From the IMG/VR virus record IMGVR_UViG_3300050514_000222: a stretch of 64,000 nucleotides of DNA; one strand, given 5' to 3'. The DNA is from an uncultured virus (IMG/VR IMGVR_UViG_3300050514_000222). Lineage: Duplodnaviria > Heunggongvirae > Uroviricota > Caudoviricetes. The notes under the pieces were generated by a model. The model made no database searches. It was not told where the DNA came from and worked only from the letters and a program-made list of their open reading frames with translations. Shown here in pieces: positions 10,441-21,077 of this stretch. The position numbers and the translations under genes are program-made. Positions within the stretch are counted from its first letter, which is position 1, and every line of letters begins with the position of its first letter.

Positions 10441-12348
10441 GTGACCGAGTCCTCCGCCGTCCGCCTGTTCCTCACCTCGCTCGAGGCGGTCCGCAAGGAC
10501 GGCACCGGCTGGACCGCGAAGTGCCCGGCGCACGCCGACGACAAGAACTCCCTGCACGTCGCCGAGGGCGACGGCGGCCGCGTGTTGCTCAAGTGCCACG
10601 CCGGGTGCGCCGTCCAGGACGTCGTCAACAAGGCCGGCCGGTCCATGGCGGACCTGTTCCCGCCGGAGCTCCGCAAGGCCACCTCCGGAGCCGACGGACC
10701 GACCGTGGGCGGCGTCGGCCGGAAGCCCGGCCGCTCGTTCGGCGAGCCCACCGCCTGCTACGACTACACCGACGAGCAGGGTGCCCTCCTGTTCCAGGTC
10801 CAGCGTGACGCGGAGAAGAACTTCCGCCAGCGTCGGCCCTCCCACCTCGAGCCGCCGGCTGATCCGTGGATCTACGACGTGCGCGACGTGCGCAAGGTCC
10901 CCTACCGGCTCCAGCAGCTCGTCGTGGCCGTCGACCTCCAGGCGCGTGCCAAGTTCGACCAGCCTATATTCGTCGTCGAGGGTGAGAAGGACGTCGCCAC
11001 GCTCGAGTCCTTCGGCCTGGTGGCCACCACCAACGCCGGCGGCGCCGGCAAGTGGACCGCCGACCACGCGAAGCCGTTCGCCGGCGCCAAGGACGTCGTC
11101 GTCATACCGGACGCCGACGCGCCTGGACTCAAGCACGCGCGCGCGGTGGCCGCCACGCTCCGCCCCACCGGCGCCCGCGTGCGGATCCTCCGCCTCCCGG
11201 ACGCGCGCGAGAAGGCCGACGTCACGGACTGGGCCGCGGCCGGCGGCACCTCCTCCGCGCTCCTCGAGCTCGTGCGCACCCGCACCCTGCCGCCCGGCTG
11301 GACGTCGGTGCGCGGCCTCATCGACACCGACATGGCGGACGTCGAGTGGCTGATGGATGGGTTCGTCTCGGCCGGCTCCGTCACGATCCTCTCCGGCGAC
11401 TCGGCGGCGTGGAAGTCCTGGGTCACCTGGGACATCGCCGTCGCCATGGCGCTCGGCGCCCGGTGGGTCGGCCGGTTCCCGACGCGGAAGTCCCGCGTGA
11501 TGATCCTCTCCGCCGACGAGCCGCTCCGCGAGACGCGCCGGAAGCTGGCGTGGCTCGTGGAGTGGGCCGCGCCGAACGGGACGGCCGCCGCCCTGGCCAC
11601 CGACATCTGCGTGCACGGCCTGGAGACTGAGCTCACCGACGAGGACACCCTGACCGAGGTCCAGGAGGCGGTGGCCGAGTTCGTCCCCGACATCGTGTTC
11701 ATCGACTCGATGGACGCCACGATCGCCGGCGACGAGAACAAGAAGGAGTTCTCCCGCGCCGCGCGCATGGTGGTGCGCGCGCTCCGCTCCGCCAGGCCGG
11801 ACGTGGCCGTCTTCTTCGTCCACCACTGGAACAAGCCGTCGAAGGAGCGCCCGAACACCCCGGCCTCCCGGATCCGCGGGTTCAGCGGACTCCGCGCGCT
11901 CTGCTCCCACCACCTGACGATGGAACGCTCGGCCGCCGGCGCGGTCGCCACGTTCACGGTCGACAAGAACCGCCACGGGAAGGAGCTCCCGCCGTTCTCC
12001 CTGGACGTCCGGATCCAGGAGTCGCGCGGGCTCGCCTGCTTCGAGTACGCCGGCGACGCCCAGACGCCCGCCACGGTGGTCAACTCCCCGGGCGCCCAAC
12101 GCGACGTGCTGGAGGTCATCGCCCGCCGCGGGTCGCCCATCCTCCAGTCGATCATCGTCAAGGAGTTGGCCGGCAAGCACCACGACAAGACCGTGCGCCG
12201 GGCCATCGGCGCCCTGTCCTTCGGCAAGCATCCGGCGCTCAAGACCGAGCGTAAAGGGAGGGACACGCTGATCGTCCTGGCCGGCGCGCCGGGGGAGCAG
12301 ATGCCGGTCGAACCGGAGCCCGACCAGGCGCCGGAGGCGGCGTCATGA
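10441..12348 (+). CDS. Primase-helicase: Zn-binding domain, Toprim, RepA/AAA_25-type helicase
   Basis: CPAHxD...CHAGC; VVEGEKD; IPDAD; Walker A variant GDSAAWKS; VFIDS; VHHxNK; RG-S; KNR. Confidence 0.88.
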   Translation: MTESSAVRLFLTSLEAVRKDGTGWTAKCPAHADDKNSLHVAEGDGGRVLLKCHAGCAVQDVVNKAGRSMADLFPPELRKATSGADGPTVGGVGRKPGRSFGEPTACYDYTDEQGALLFQVQRDAEKNFRQRRPSHLEPPADPWIYDVRDVRKVPYRLQQLVVAVDLQARAKFDQPIFVVEGEKDVATLESFGLVATTNAGGAGKWTADHAKPFAGAKDVVVIPDADAPGLKHARAVAATLRPTGARVRILRLPDAREKADVTDWAAAGGTSSALLELVRTRTLPPGWTSVRGLIDTDMADVEWLMDGFVSAGSVTILSGDSAAWKSWVTWDIAVAMALGARWVGRFPTRKSRVMILSADEPLRETRRKLAWLVEWAAPNGTAAALATDICVHGLETELTDEDTLTEVQEAVAEFVPDIVFIDSMDATIAGDENKKEFSRAARMVVRALRSARPDVAVFFVHHWNKPSKERPNTPASRIRGFSGLRALCSHHLTMERSAAGAVATFTVDKNRHGKELPPFSLDVRIQESRGLACFEYAGDAQTPATVVNSPGAQRDVLEVIARRGSPILQSIIVKELAGKHHDKTVRRAIGALSFGKHPALKTERKGRDTLIVLAGAPGEQMPVEPEPDQAPEAAS

Positions 12349-12354
12349 CGAAGC

Positions 12355-12604
12355 TGGACATGCTAGACAGACGTGGACATGTCCAACTTAGTTCGTTGCG
12401 GCACAACGATCTAAATATGGACATATCTGGACACCGCACCCCTCGTCCGTGTCCAGATTGGAACTCGTTGCGTGACAATCTACTAAAGTGGACACCCGCG
12501 TGGGTATCATCCGTGTCCAGATTAGTTCGTTGCGGCGCAACACACTACAAGCGAAAAAACGATCTGGACACGTGGACACCCTACGGGTGCGTGAAGCGTG
12601 TCCA
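12355..12604. repeat. Iteron-like cluster, putative replication origin
   Basis: 11 TGGACA/TGTCCA hexamers in 250 bp plus longer duplicated units; AT-richer; immediately after primase-helicase. Confidence 0.65.
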
Positions 12605-12889
12605 GCTTCGCTTCACGCCACGCACCGTGCGGGTCAGGGTTCACGAGATCATGACCGTCGAACCACGCGATTTTCACCGCCACGAAGATTTTCCTTGCAC
12701 GACCGGATCACGCGGGCGTAGTACTTCGCGTCGGAAGTCGTCACGCGGCCGTCGTGGCGACGGTGGCGTGGTACGGAGACGTGGGGAGGTCGGCGATGAA
12801 CCCTCGAATCTAGTCCAGCGCACGACGCGCGCGGAGGTGGTGATCCCACTTCGGCGCGCGTTCCGTTTTCCCGTCACGACGGAGGCACG

Positions 12890-13114
12890 GTGACTCACGA
12901 ATCGGTGCACAAGGCGATCAGGAAGCTGTGGGACGAGATCAAGCTCATCGAGGAGCAGGAGTCCGACCTCAAGATCCGCGCCAAGAGCCTGAAGCTCCAG
13001 CGTGAGGCGAAACTCGCGAAGGTGCGCAAGCTCGGCTCGCTCGACAAGGGCCAGATGGCGCAGCTCGAGCTGATGGACTTCGACAAAGACGTCGCGCGGA
13101 TGGAGGAGCAGTGA
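12890..13114 (+). CDS. Small coiled-coil hypothetical protein
   Basis: GGAGG RBS; charged heptad pattern. Confidence 0.55.
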   Translation: MTHESVHKAIRKLWDEIKLIEEQESDLKIRAKSLKLQREAKLAKVRKLGSLDKGQMAQLELMDFDKDVARMEEQ

Positions 13115-13493
13115 GGCGCGTCCACCCCATGGCGCGGATCCACCACGCGCGTGCGCGTCAGTTCGGTGTCATGGCCGCCTTCCTGGCGGCCGTTGGTATG
13201 GCCGATCCAGCGATGAAGGCCGAGGTCGAGCGCCGGCGCCGGAAGCGCGGTCAGCGTCACGTCCCGAGCACCGAGGCCAAACCGAAGGATTCGTTCCGCG
13301 GCTGGTGCGGGATCAAGAAGGTCCGGATGGTGCGCGTCGGCCCACACTCGCAGCGCGCACGGGCTACGCGCCGGTTCCCGATCACGCGTCCGACCAGTTT
13401 CGCCGACGTCGTGCGGGACGCTGTGCGTCAGACGGAACGGGAGCTCGGCCCGAATCCCGTGATGGCCGACCGCGCGCTCGGGTTGGAGGACCG

Positions 13494-13706
13494 ATGAGAT
13501 CCTGGTGTCGGTGGCCGCCGGTCGTCCTCGTCGCCGTGCTGACGATGGCGGCCGTCATCGTGGCGTTCTCCGGTTGCGGAGACGACCAGCCGTTCGCCGT
13601 CGCACCCGCTCCTCACCAGGCGGTCCCTGCGATCTCGGACACCACCCACGCTCCCTGCGACACGACCCGCCACCACGATCACGGCCACTACGGTGAGGAC
13701 CGGTGA
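13494..13706 (+). CDS. Small lipoprotein with His-rich tail
   Basis: Hydrophobic leader plus FSG-C lipobox. Confidence 0.5.
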   Translation: MRSWCRWPPVVLVAVLTMAAVIVAFSGCGDDQPFAVAPAPHQAVPAISDTTHAPCDTTRHHDHGHYGEDR

Positions 13707-13823
13707 CGTGGTTCGGCGGGTTCGTGGTCGGGGTCCTGTCCGTCGTCGTGGTGATCGCCCTGTCTCTGTGGGTCATCGACCAGGTCGCGAAGGGCGAGGA
13801 CTGACGTGCCGCGTGTGGTGCGC

Positions 13824-14087
13824 ATGAGCGAGGAGGCGGCGGCCGTCTCCAACAAGCCGGATCCGACGACGCACGAATCCATCCTGAACGTGTTCTCCTA
13901 CCACGCCCCGACGCACGAGAAGTCCACGAAGTACGACGCCCTCCGTTCCGCCGCCGCCGACCTCGCGCTCGAGATCGCGCGGCTCTGTCCCAAGTCCGCC
14001 GACCGCACCGTGGCGTTGCGCAAGGTGCGCGAGGCCGTCATGTACGCGAACGCGTCGGTAGCGCTCGACGGGGAGTCGATCCGGTGA
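13824..14087 (+). CDS. Acb2/Tad1-like helical-hairpin protein (putative immune-signal sponge)
   Basis: FSYHAP...YDALR...LCPxSxDRxxALRKVREAVMYANASVA pattern. Confidence 0.65.
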   Translation: MSEEAAAVSNKPDPTTHESILNVFSYHAPTHEKSTKYDALRSAAADLALEIARLCPKSADRTVALRKVREAVMYANASVALDGESIR

Positions 14088-14620
14088 CGCCGACATCCCT
14101 GGATGCCGGGCGTTCGCACCACACCACGCGCATCGTTGAGACGTACCTGTCGGACGAGGCGGAGCGCCGGAAGATCCGTATTCCGGCGCGCGTTTCGGTG
14201 TTCGTCCAGTACAACGCCGCGAGTGCGACCGAGATCCTCGTGCTGAGGTGCGGTGACTTCAAACGGGACTACGTCGTCGACGGGCGGATCTACGGCTACA
14301 CGCCGCAGCTCGACGACTTCCTCGACCAGCTCGAGCGCGAGCTCCATCCCGACCGGTGGGCGGCGCCCAGTGTCTGAGTACCCGACGGCGCTCCGGTACT
14401 GGGCCGGCGTGCCTACGGAAACCCTGTCGTTGCCGATCCTCTGGATCTCGCCGCGGTCCGGGATCCGGAACGGCCACCTACGGTGGATCGGCGTGGTTGA
14501 GGTGTTCTGGGCGGCTTGCATCGGAGCGTACGGCGATCGTGAACTGTCGATCGGTGTGTACTGGGGCAGGTTGGCGCAACACCATCGTGGGCTGTCCTTC
14601 ATCTGGCGGAGGAAGCAGCG

Positions 14621-15145
14621 GTGACCGCCATGGAGCTCACCCACTACGCCACCTGCTCTCTCGCGCGTATCGGCCGGCTGTCCGATCCGGTGCTCTCCCG
14701 CGAGGACCTGCTCCAGGTCGCGTCCATCGGCATCTCCGCGGCCGCTGCGGCGGGAGTCGTGGATCCGCCGCTGCTCGTCACCGCCGGGCGTCGGCAGGTC
14801 CTGGACGAGCTGCGCCGTTTCGTCGGTCGGCCGAGCCGCGGACAGCGTAAGCCGCGCCCAATCTCCCTGGACGCGCTCACCGGTCGGGACGGCGAGCCGC
14901 TCGTCGACGTCATGGACGTGTACGCGCGGACGGATCCGCGGGACGAAGCCGTCATCCTGCCGCGCGTGGCGCGCGCGATCGCGTCGCTTCCGCGGGCGCA
15001 GCGTGCGGTCGTGGACGGCCTGCTGGCCGGTCTGACCCAGGCGGACCTGATGCGCCAGCTCGGCATCACCGACTCCGGCGTGAACCTGAACTATCGGCAC
15101 GCGCGCGAGAACATCCGGCGCCGGCTCGGGCTGGAGGCCGCGTGA
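14621..15145 (+). CDS. Sigma70-family (ECF/SigF-like) sigma factor
   Basis: EDLLQxAxIG and VLDELRR (region 2), ISLDA, and ASLPRAQRAVV...TQADLMRQLGIT (region 4 HTH). Confidence 0.65.
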   Translation: MTAMELTHYATCSLARIGRLSDPVLSREDLLQVASIGISAAAAAGVVDPPLLVTAGRRQVLDELRRFVGRPSRGQRKPRPISLDALTGRDGEPLVDVMDVYARTDPRDEAVILPRVARAIASLPRAQRAVVDGLLAGLTQADLMRQLGITDSGVNLNYRHARENIRRRLGLEAA

Positions 15146-16307
15146 ACGCCACCACGCCGTACCTCGTTTCGATCCGCCGGCACGTGCCGATCGCCGGTCC
15201 GTACCTGTGGGACGTCGGGCCGTCGAGGCAGATCCTGACGTTGAGGACCCGCGTCAACGGCGTGCAGTACGGCGCGGAGATGGAGGTCACCGACGAGTTC
15301 CTCGCCGACTCGACGTACGGCGAGCGCATCTTCCCGCATCTCGAGCGCGAGCTCATCGAGAAGGTCAACGAGCGGATCCGGGAGGACGCCTGATGGCCGA
15401 GCGCGGCTCGTACGTGGACGCGGCCGTGCGTGGGACCGGTCCGCCGGACGCGCGCACCTGGCGCAGCCTCGCCGAGGAGCAGCTCGCCTCCCCGTTCGCG
15501 GCGCCGGGCGACAAGGCGGCGATCGCGGCGCAGCTCCTCCTGGTGGAGGCGATCGAGGCGTTGCGGTGCGAGCTCACGCGGGACGACCGGGCGCGTACGT
15601 TCGGTCGGAGCATCCTGTCGCGTCCAGGTCCCACGAATCGGGACGTACCGGACTGGGCCGTGGTCGCAAGCGTCGTGCTCAAGTGGCCGAGCATGGGTGT
15701 GTTCGCACCGGAGATCCGTTTCGCGGAGGATTCCACGATGGGGCAACGTAAAGCCGTCGCAGCCGCCGTACAGGACCTACTCGAGCGGCTGGAACGTGAA
15801 GGTGTCACGTGAGGGACTGGACGCGGGAGGAAGGTCCTCAGTGCGCGTGTTCGGAGTCCACCCACACGCACGACCACGCGCGGAAGGCGTGCGGGCAGCC
15901 GGTCGCCGGCTACGCGCTCGTGCCGTTGCGCGGGGATCCTGCCTACCGGAAGTCCGACGTCCGGTTCCGTCGGACGCAGATGTGCGCGCACTGCCTGATC
16001 GTGTTCGCGTTGTCCGAGAGGGAACGCGAGCGTAGGACCGCACGGTTCGTGGAGCGCGCCGCGTGATCGACCTCACGTTGCCGGCGCCTCCGGACACGGT
16101 GTTCAAGACGCCTTGGACTCAGCGGTCCCCGGTCGTGGACATCGACTTCGAGACGTTCGTGTACGGGTACGCCGCGATGCTGTACGGTGACGCGAGGACG
16201 CGCCGCGATCCGGTCACAGGCTTGTCGCACGACCGCGCGCGTACGAAGTTGGTGGTGGAGTGGTGGCGGTTCTGCACGTGGATCCGTCTGTTGGCGTCGG
16301 AGGTCGT

Positions 16308-16490
16308 ATGATGCTCGTCCTGTTGATCGTGCTCGGCCTGGTCGTCTACTTCTTCCCGACGCTGTGCGCGCGTCGGAACCGGAACGTCGTGGCGATCGGC
16401 GCGCTGAACCTGTTCCTCGGCTGGACGCTGGTCGGGTGGGTTGCGGCGCTGGTGTGGGCGCTCGCGTTGGACCGGGAGGAGTTGGCGTGA
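16308..16490 (+). CDS. Superinfection immunity protein (T4 Imm-like)
   Basis: YFFPT...NLFLGWTLVGWVAALVWAL signature. Confidence 0.85.
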   Translation: MMLVLLIVLGLVVYFFPTLCARRNRNVVAIGALNLFLGWTLVGWVAALVWALALDREELA

Positions 16491-17501
16491 GCTACGTGGA
16501 GGAGGTGGAGCGCATCGTCCAGGAGGTCGTCTCCGGACGGAAGACGTTCCGGGAGGCCAGGTCCGACATGCTGTGGGCGAAGGTCGACGAGGTCGCCGAG
16601 AAGGCGCGCCGTCTGGTCGAGGAGATCGACGCGGACATCCGTTGGTGGGGTTACGACCTCGACGGACAGGTCGCCTTCCGTGCGGCGCACCCCGAGCTCT
16701 GGCCTCCGCGGACGCCGGAGCAGGACGCGTGGCTCGACAAGGTCAAGTACCTCTCCGGTCCGATCACCGACGCGATGCGTGCCGAGTACGACGCGCTGCC
16801 GGCCAACCCGGCGCCGTGGACGCCGGAGCTGCGTGCCGAGTACCTGGCGTTCGGAGCGAACGTGGACCTCCTCAAGGACCAGTCGACGCGGCCGGCGCGT
16901 GCCGACGGGTCGAAACCGTCCGGGATCCCGGACGTGGCGATCAACGAGGCGAAGGCGCAGCCGGCCGGTACGGTGGGCCGCACGTCGTACGAGGCGCTCA
17001 TGCGCGGAAGGGGGCTCGAGCCGTGACGCCGACTCCGGCGCACCTACGTGTCGGACCGGACGAGGTCCTCTGCTGGTGCGAGGAGTGCGGGTTCGTGTTC
17101 ATCATGTCGGCGAAGGACCTCGCCTGCTGCCGCGAGCAGAAGGAACGGCGGGACAAGGATCCCGTCTCCATGTCTCCGCGTGCGGGCGCGGTCCTCTGCC
17201 CGATGCACGGAGTGGTCGCATACCAGGACGCGGTCGCACGACGGCGGTTGCCGCCGGGGTCGCGTCCCGGAGTGACGGTCATGTCGACGCCGTACGGTTC
17301 GTTGCGCAAGTTCGACCAGGTCGTGAGGGATATGACCAGTGCCGCGGTCCGATGCGGTGAGGCTTTTGACAACCTGCGCCGTGCGAGCGACGCTTTTGAC
17401 GATCAGTACATCGTAGACGACGTACTTGGAGATCCGCGCGGCACGAACGCACGGCGCTATGACGCGTGGTTGCGTCGACAGATGGGTCCAGGAGGGATCG
17501 T

Positions 17502-17840
17502 ATGAAGACGCGTTGGGTGATGATGGTCCTCGCCGCGCTGCTGGTCCTGGCCGTCGCGCACCCGGTGCGTGATCCGAACGGCAGGATCCACCGGTCGCAC
17601 GCGGCGGTCCACCGCTTCGAGGTCGCGACCGGCCATCCGCACGGTTGGAAGGGTCACATCGTCGACCACATCGTCCCGCTCGCCGACGGCGGTCCGGACG
17701 ATCCGATCAACATGCAGTGGATGACCGTCAGGGACGCGAAGGCGAAGGACCTGGTCGAGCGGTTCCCGGCGGAGCTCGTGAAGGAACGCGCGGAGCTCGA
17801 GGCGCGGCGGTCCGCTCCGCACGTGAGCCGGATGCGATGA
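17502..17840 (+). CDS. HNH-motif protein with N-terminal signal-like segment
   Basis: VDHIVPLADGGPDDPINMQW; hydrophobic N-terminus. Confidence 0.7.
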   Translation: MKTRWVMMVLAALLVLAVAHPVRDPNGRIHRSHAAVHRFEVATGHPHGWKGHIVDHIVPLADGGPDDPINMQWMTVRDAKAKDLVERFPAELVKERAELEARRSAPHVSRMR

Positions 17841-18169
17841 CGTGGAAGACGCGCGCCGTACCGCCGCCGAAGGGCGTCTCCAAGGAGTCCTACGGCCGGC
17901 CGGTGGCCGCGCTGACGGACGGAGGCGGACCGGCGGTCGGACGACCTGGAAGCGTCGGGGTCGTCGAACCGGGCGCGTCGGGAATGACGACCGGCTACTG
18001 GAACGCCGGCGACGTGCTGTACGCTACGGCGAAGGTGCGGACGCGCGAGGGGTTGGTCGTCCGTCACGTGCCGGTGGCGTGCGGCCCGGAGTACCTGCGG
18101 TCGGCGGAGGCGATGGAGCGCGCGAAACAGCTCGCGGTGGGGGAAGCGGAGCGGCGGAGGGGCAATTGA

Positions 18170-18262
18170 TGGTGGGCGCTTGACGGCCACAGCGGACGAG
18201 TCACCCGATAGCACCACAGGTTGGTGCAGCCGTCCGAACGTGTGCGAGGCGAGCGCCTACCA
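18170..18262 (+). other. Intergenic nested stem-loop (possible structured RNA)
   Basis: 18170-82/18250-62, 18193-98/18231-36 and 18211-16/18222-27 are complementary pairs. Confidence 0.4.
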
Positions 18263-18289
18263 CCTGGCATCACTCACGAAGGAGGTCGT

Positions 18290-18907
18290 GTGACGCATCA
18301 TCGCCAGCACCACTCGCCTGTCCACCAGCCGCCCCACCGCACGCCGCGCGGAGTCTACGTGCTGTGGACGGCGGCCGCGCTCGTCCTGGTCCTGGTCTGC
18401 ATCGTCGTGCAGAACTACCACCCGAAGCCGCTGCCGATGAAGGTGGCGCCCACGCCGAGGGTCGTCGGCGTCGGGACGATCGGACCGTCCGTGAGGATCC
18501 ACGGTGACACGACGGTCGTGTCCCATTCTAGCATCCACGTGAATCCGCACGGCGGCCCAGTCCATCTTACGCCGTACGCTGGCAGGTTCCCGACGGCCGA
18601 CGGCGACACGATCGTCTACTCGCAGGGTGTCGAGATCGCACGGATCCACGGTGACGTGAAGGTGCACGTCGGGGGAGACCCGGTGAGCCGGGGCTGGCAG
18701 CATCGTCGTCACGTGCGGCGGATGCGGTCGGCGCGCAGGGTGGCCACGGTCAACAACGCTGCGCTCCCGCCCGACGCGCACCAACCCTCACCGGACAGGT
18801 ATATATACCCTGTCCGTAGTGAGGGTTGCGGTACGCCGTGGTTGGGATGGTTGGCCGGCGGCAAGCGCGGCGCGTCGCCGTGTTGCGATACGTGCCTGGA
18901 GTTCTGA
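18290..18907 (+). CDS. Single-TM His/Pro-rich hypothetical protein
   Basis: GAAGGAGG RBS; one hydrophobic helix. Confidence 0.5.
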   Translation: MTHHRQHHSPVHQPPHRTPRGVYVLWTAAALVLVLVCIVVQNYHPKPLPMKVAPTPRVVGVGTIGPSVRIHGDTTVVSHSSIHVNPHGGPVHLTPYAGRFPTADGDTIVYSQGVEIARIHGDVKVHVGGDPVSRGWQHRRHVRRMRSARRVATVNNAALPPDAHQPSPDRYIYPVRSEGCGTPWLGWLAGGKRGASPCCDTCLEF

Positions 18908-19055
18908 CGTGGCGGATCTCCGCGGAGACGGCGCATCCGCGTGGATGCCGGACCAGCAGTTCGACGAGCTCGTGGAGCGGTTGCGGGGGATCCAGGACGA
19001 CCTGAAATGCGTGGACAGGAAGCTCAACCTAATCATCCGGATCGGAGGGTACGAG

Positions 19056-19328
19056 ATGAGCCTGGCGGACGATCTGAACGTCAAGTTGCAGGCGTTGGCG
19101 GCGGAGCAGGCGCAGAACGCGAACGTGGTGGACTCGGCGAAGAAGACGCTCACGGTGCTCGTGGGCGAGGTGGCCGACCTCACGGCGAAGCTGACCGCCG
19201 GCGCGACGGTCACGCAGGCGATGGTCGACCAGGCGCAGGGTCTCGTGGACGCGTTCACCGCGAACACGAACGACCTCGCCTCCGGCATCGCGAACGTGCC
19301 GGCTCCGCCCGCTCCTCCGGCGCCGTAG
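19056..19328 (+). CDS. Ala-rich coiled-coil hypothetical protein
   Basis: GGAGG RBS; amphipathic helices with Pro-rich tail. Confidence 0.55.
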   Translation: MSLADDLNVKLQALAAEQAQNANVVDSAKKTLTVLVGEVADLTAKLTAGATVTQAMVDQAQGLVDAFTANTNDLASGIANVPAPPAPPAP

Positions 19329-19346
19329 GAGGTATTTTAGGTGCTC

Positions 19347-19479
19347 GACCAGGTGGCCGGCGTGACACAACCCACAATCGAGGTGTGCGACAGCTCGATC
19401 GCGGTTGCCACGGAGTCGCGGAGTTCCGTAGGGGATCTCTCCGCGACGTGGCGTGACGAAACGCAGCCGGCCGCCGGTC
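19347..19479 (+). ncRNA. Candidate multi-stem structured RNA
   Basis: Closing stem 19352-61/19466-75 with internal stems 19377-82/19394-99 and 19407-23/19439-52; intergenic. Confidence 0.35.
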
Positions 19480-20534
19480 CGCACCGAGGAGACGCATGAC
19501 GTCGCGTGGCGACACGACGCCCTGGATCAAGGTCCGCGAGCGACCGTTCGGTTTCCTGTGCGAGCGGTGCGGGTCGAAGGACACGCCGCAGCTGCCGGCG
19601 TCGCCCACCGAGCTCGTGCGGCGCACGAAGGAGTTCGTCAAGACGCACTCCCGTTGTCGGGATAAGGAGGTGGTCCGGTGATGGAGCCGCGTCCGTCGGA
19701 GTTGTGGTGGTACGTCGTGGTCGCAGCCGCGCTCGGATTCGGCTGGTCGTTCGGCTGTGCGCTGTTCCAGGTCGTCGTCAACCTGTTCAAACGGAGGCCG
19801 TGATGGGGGACTACCGGATCACGATCGAGGCGGTCGGCAACCACGGCTGCGGCCGCGAGGCGAAGGACGGCGAGGTGGTCAAGCGGTGCGGGATGCCGTA
19901 CTGTGTGGACTGTCAGGCCGAGGCGTTCGTCGCGCAGCTGAAGCGCGGCGAGAACGTGAAGGTGGCGAAGCTCGAGCACTGGCCGGTGCCAGGGGCGGCC
20001 GGTACGACTCGCACGGAGAATCCTGGTCCGGTGGACGACCTGATCACCGGCACGCGCAGCGGGTCGTTCACGCCGTGAAGACGGTGGCGATCTGTCCGGA
20101 GTGCGGCAACCGGTTCGAGTCGGACATCCTGCTGACGGCGAACGAGTACGACCTGCATCCGTCCGCCACGCTGGCCGGAGCCGGCGCCGCGCGGGTCCAG
20201 GATCTACGCACCGCGCCGCGGGTCACGATGAGCTGGCGGATGCTGGCGTTCGCGGCCATCTGCGGGGCCGCGCTCTGGTCGTTGGGCGTCGTCTCCGCGA
20301 TCGCGATCTGGGGGAAGGCGCACCCGTGAGTAAGTTCCGTTCCGTTCCGGTGGACTTGTCACCCGCCGGTGCATCGTCACACGATCCGACCCCGACGGAG
20401 GACAAGGCCAAGAGCTAGTTGATCCGAAGGATAGGGCGGCGCACGGTCGGCTGCGGATTGGGAGGGGGCCATGACATGGTCCCCTATTCGTGCCATCGGG
20501 GCCGTGTGTCCGCCCGCTTCTGCCCGGGGTCGGC

Positions 20535-21077
20535 GTGAGGGAACGTCCCGCCGGCGCGGCCGTCATCCGTCCGCGGAGCAACTTCGACCGCGAGATGGCG
20601 CGGCTCGAGCAGAAGCGCATCTGGGAGTTCACCCCGGACGCCGTCGACCTGGACATCCACATCGCGACCGAGGCGCTCGCGATGGTCGAGGCGACCGACG
20701 AGTCTGGGAAGCCGCTGTGCCCGCCCGCCGTCCGGCTCCGTGCGATGGAGCTCATCCACACGATCGTCAAGGAGACGTTCGTCGACCGGACGATCCCCAC
20801 GGTCTCCCGCGTGGAGGCCGCGGCCGCCGTCATGGCGCTCCCTCCGCCCGCCGGCTACGTCGCCGAACCGCTCCCCGGTCAGACCGAGCAGGACTCCAAG
20901 GCCGAGTCGATCACGCTGCTCAGACAGGTGCTCGCGCGCCAGGGCGAGGTGCTCATCCGGTTGCAGGCGCTCGAGGCGGCCGGAGCGGCGCCGGCGGAGG
21001 ATGGGGACGCGCCTGTCAAGCCGCGGTTCGGCCTGGTGCTCCTGCGACGCGAGGAGGACGACCGTGCTGCCGGCTGA
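20535..21077 (+). CDS. Putative terminase small subunit
   Basis: Helical protein (VRLRAMELI) overlapping the TerL start; positional assignment. Confidence 0.5.
   Translation: MRERPAGAAVIRPRSNFDREMARLEQKRIWEFTPDAVDLDIHIATEALAMVEATDESGKPLCPPAVRLRAMELIHTIVKETFVDRTIPTVSRVEAAAAVMALPPPAGYVAEPLPGQTEQDSKAESITLLRQVLARQGEVLIRLQALEAAGAAPAEDGDAPVKPRFGLVLLRREEDDRAAG

Noticed and set aside
10108..12231. Long antisense or alternate-frame ORFs (also 6762-8507, 38388-39968 portion, 47757-49598, 56053-57996)
   Set aside because: Shadow ORFs of high-GC coding sequence; Arg/Gly/Pro-rich, no motifs, overlapping well-supported genes.
12355..12604. Possible CRISPR mini-array
   Set aside because: Repeats are 6-15 bp, in both orientations and irregularly spaced; no cas genes.
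12345..12893. 182-aa ORF after the primase-helicase
   Set aside because: Atypical composition; runs through the repeat cluster; better explained as origin or regulatory DNA.
19440..19470. Hammerhead ribozyme (CGAAAC present)
   Set aside because: No CUGAnGA core and no valid NUH cleavage triplet.
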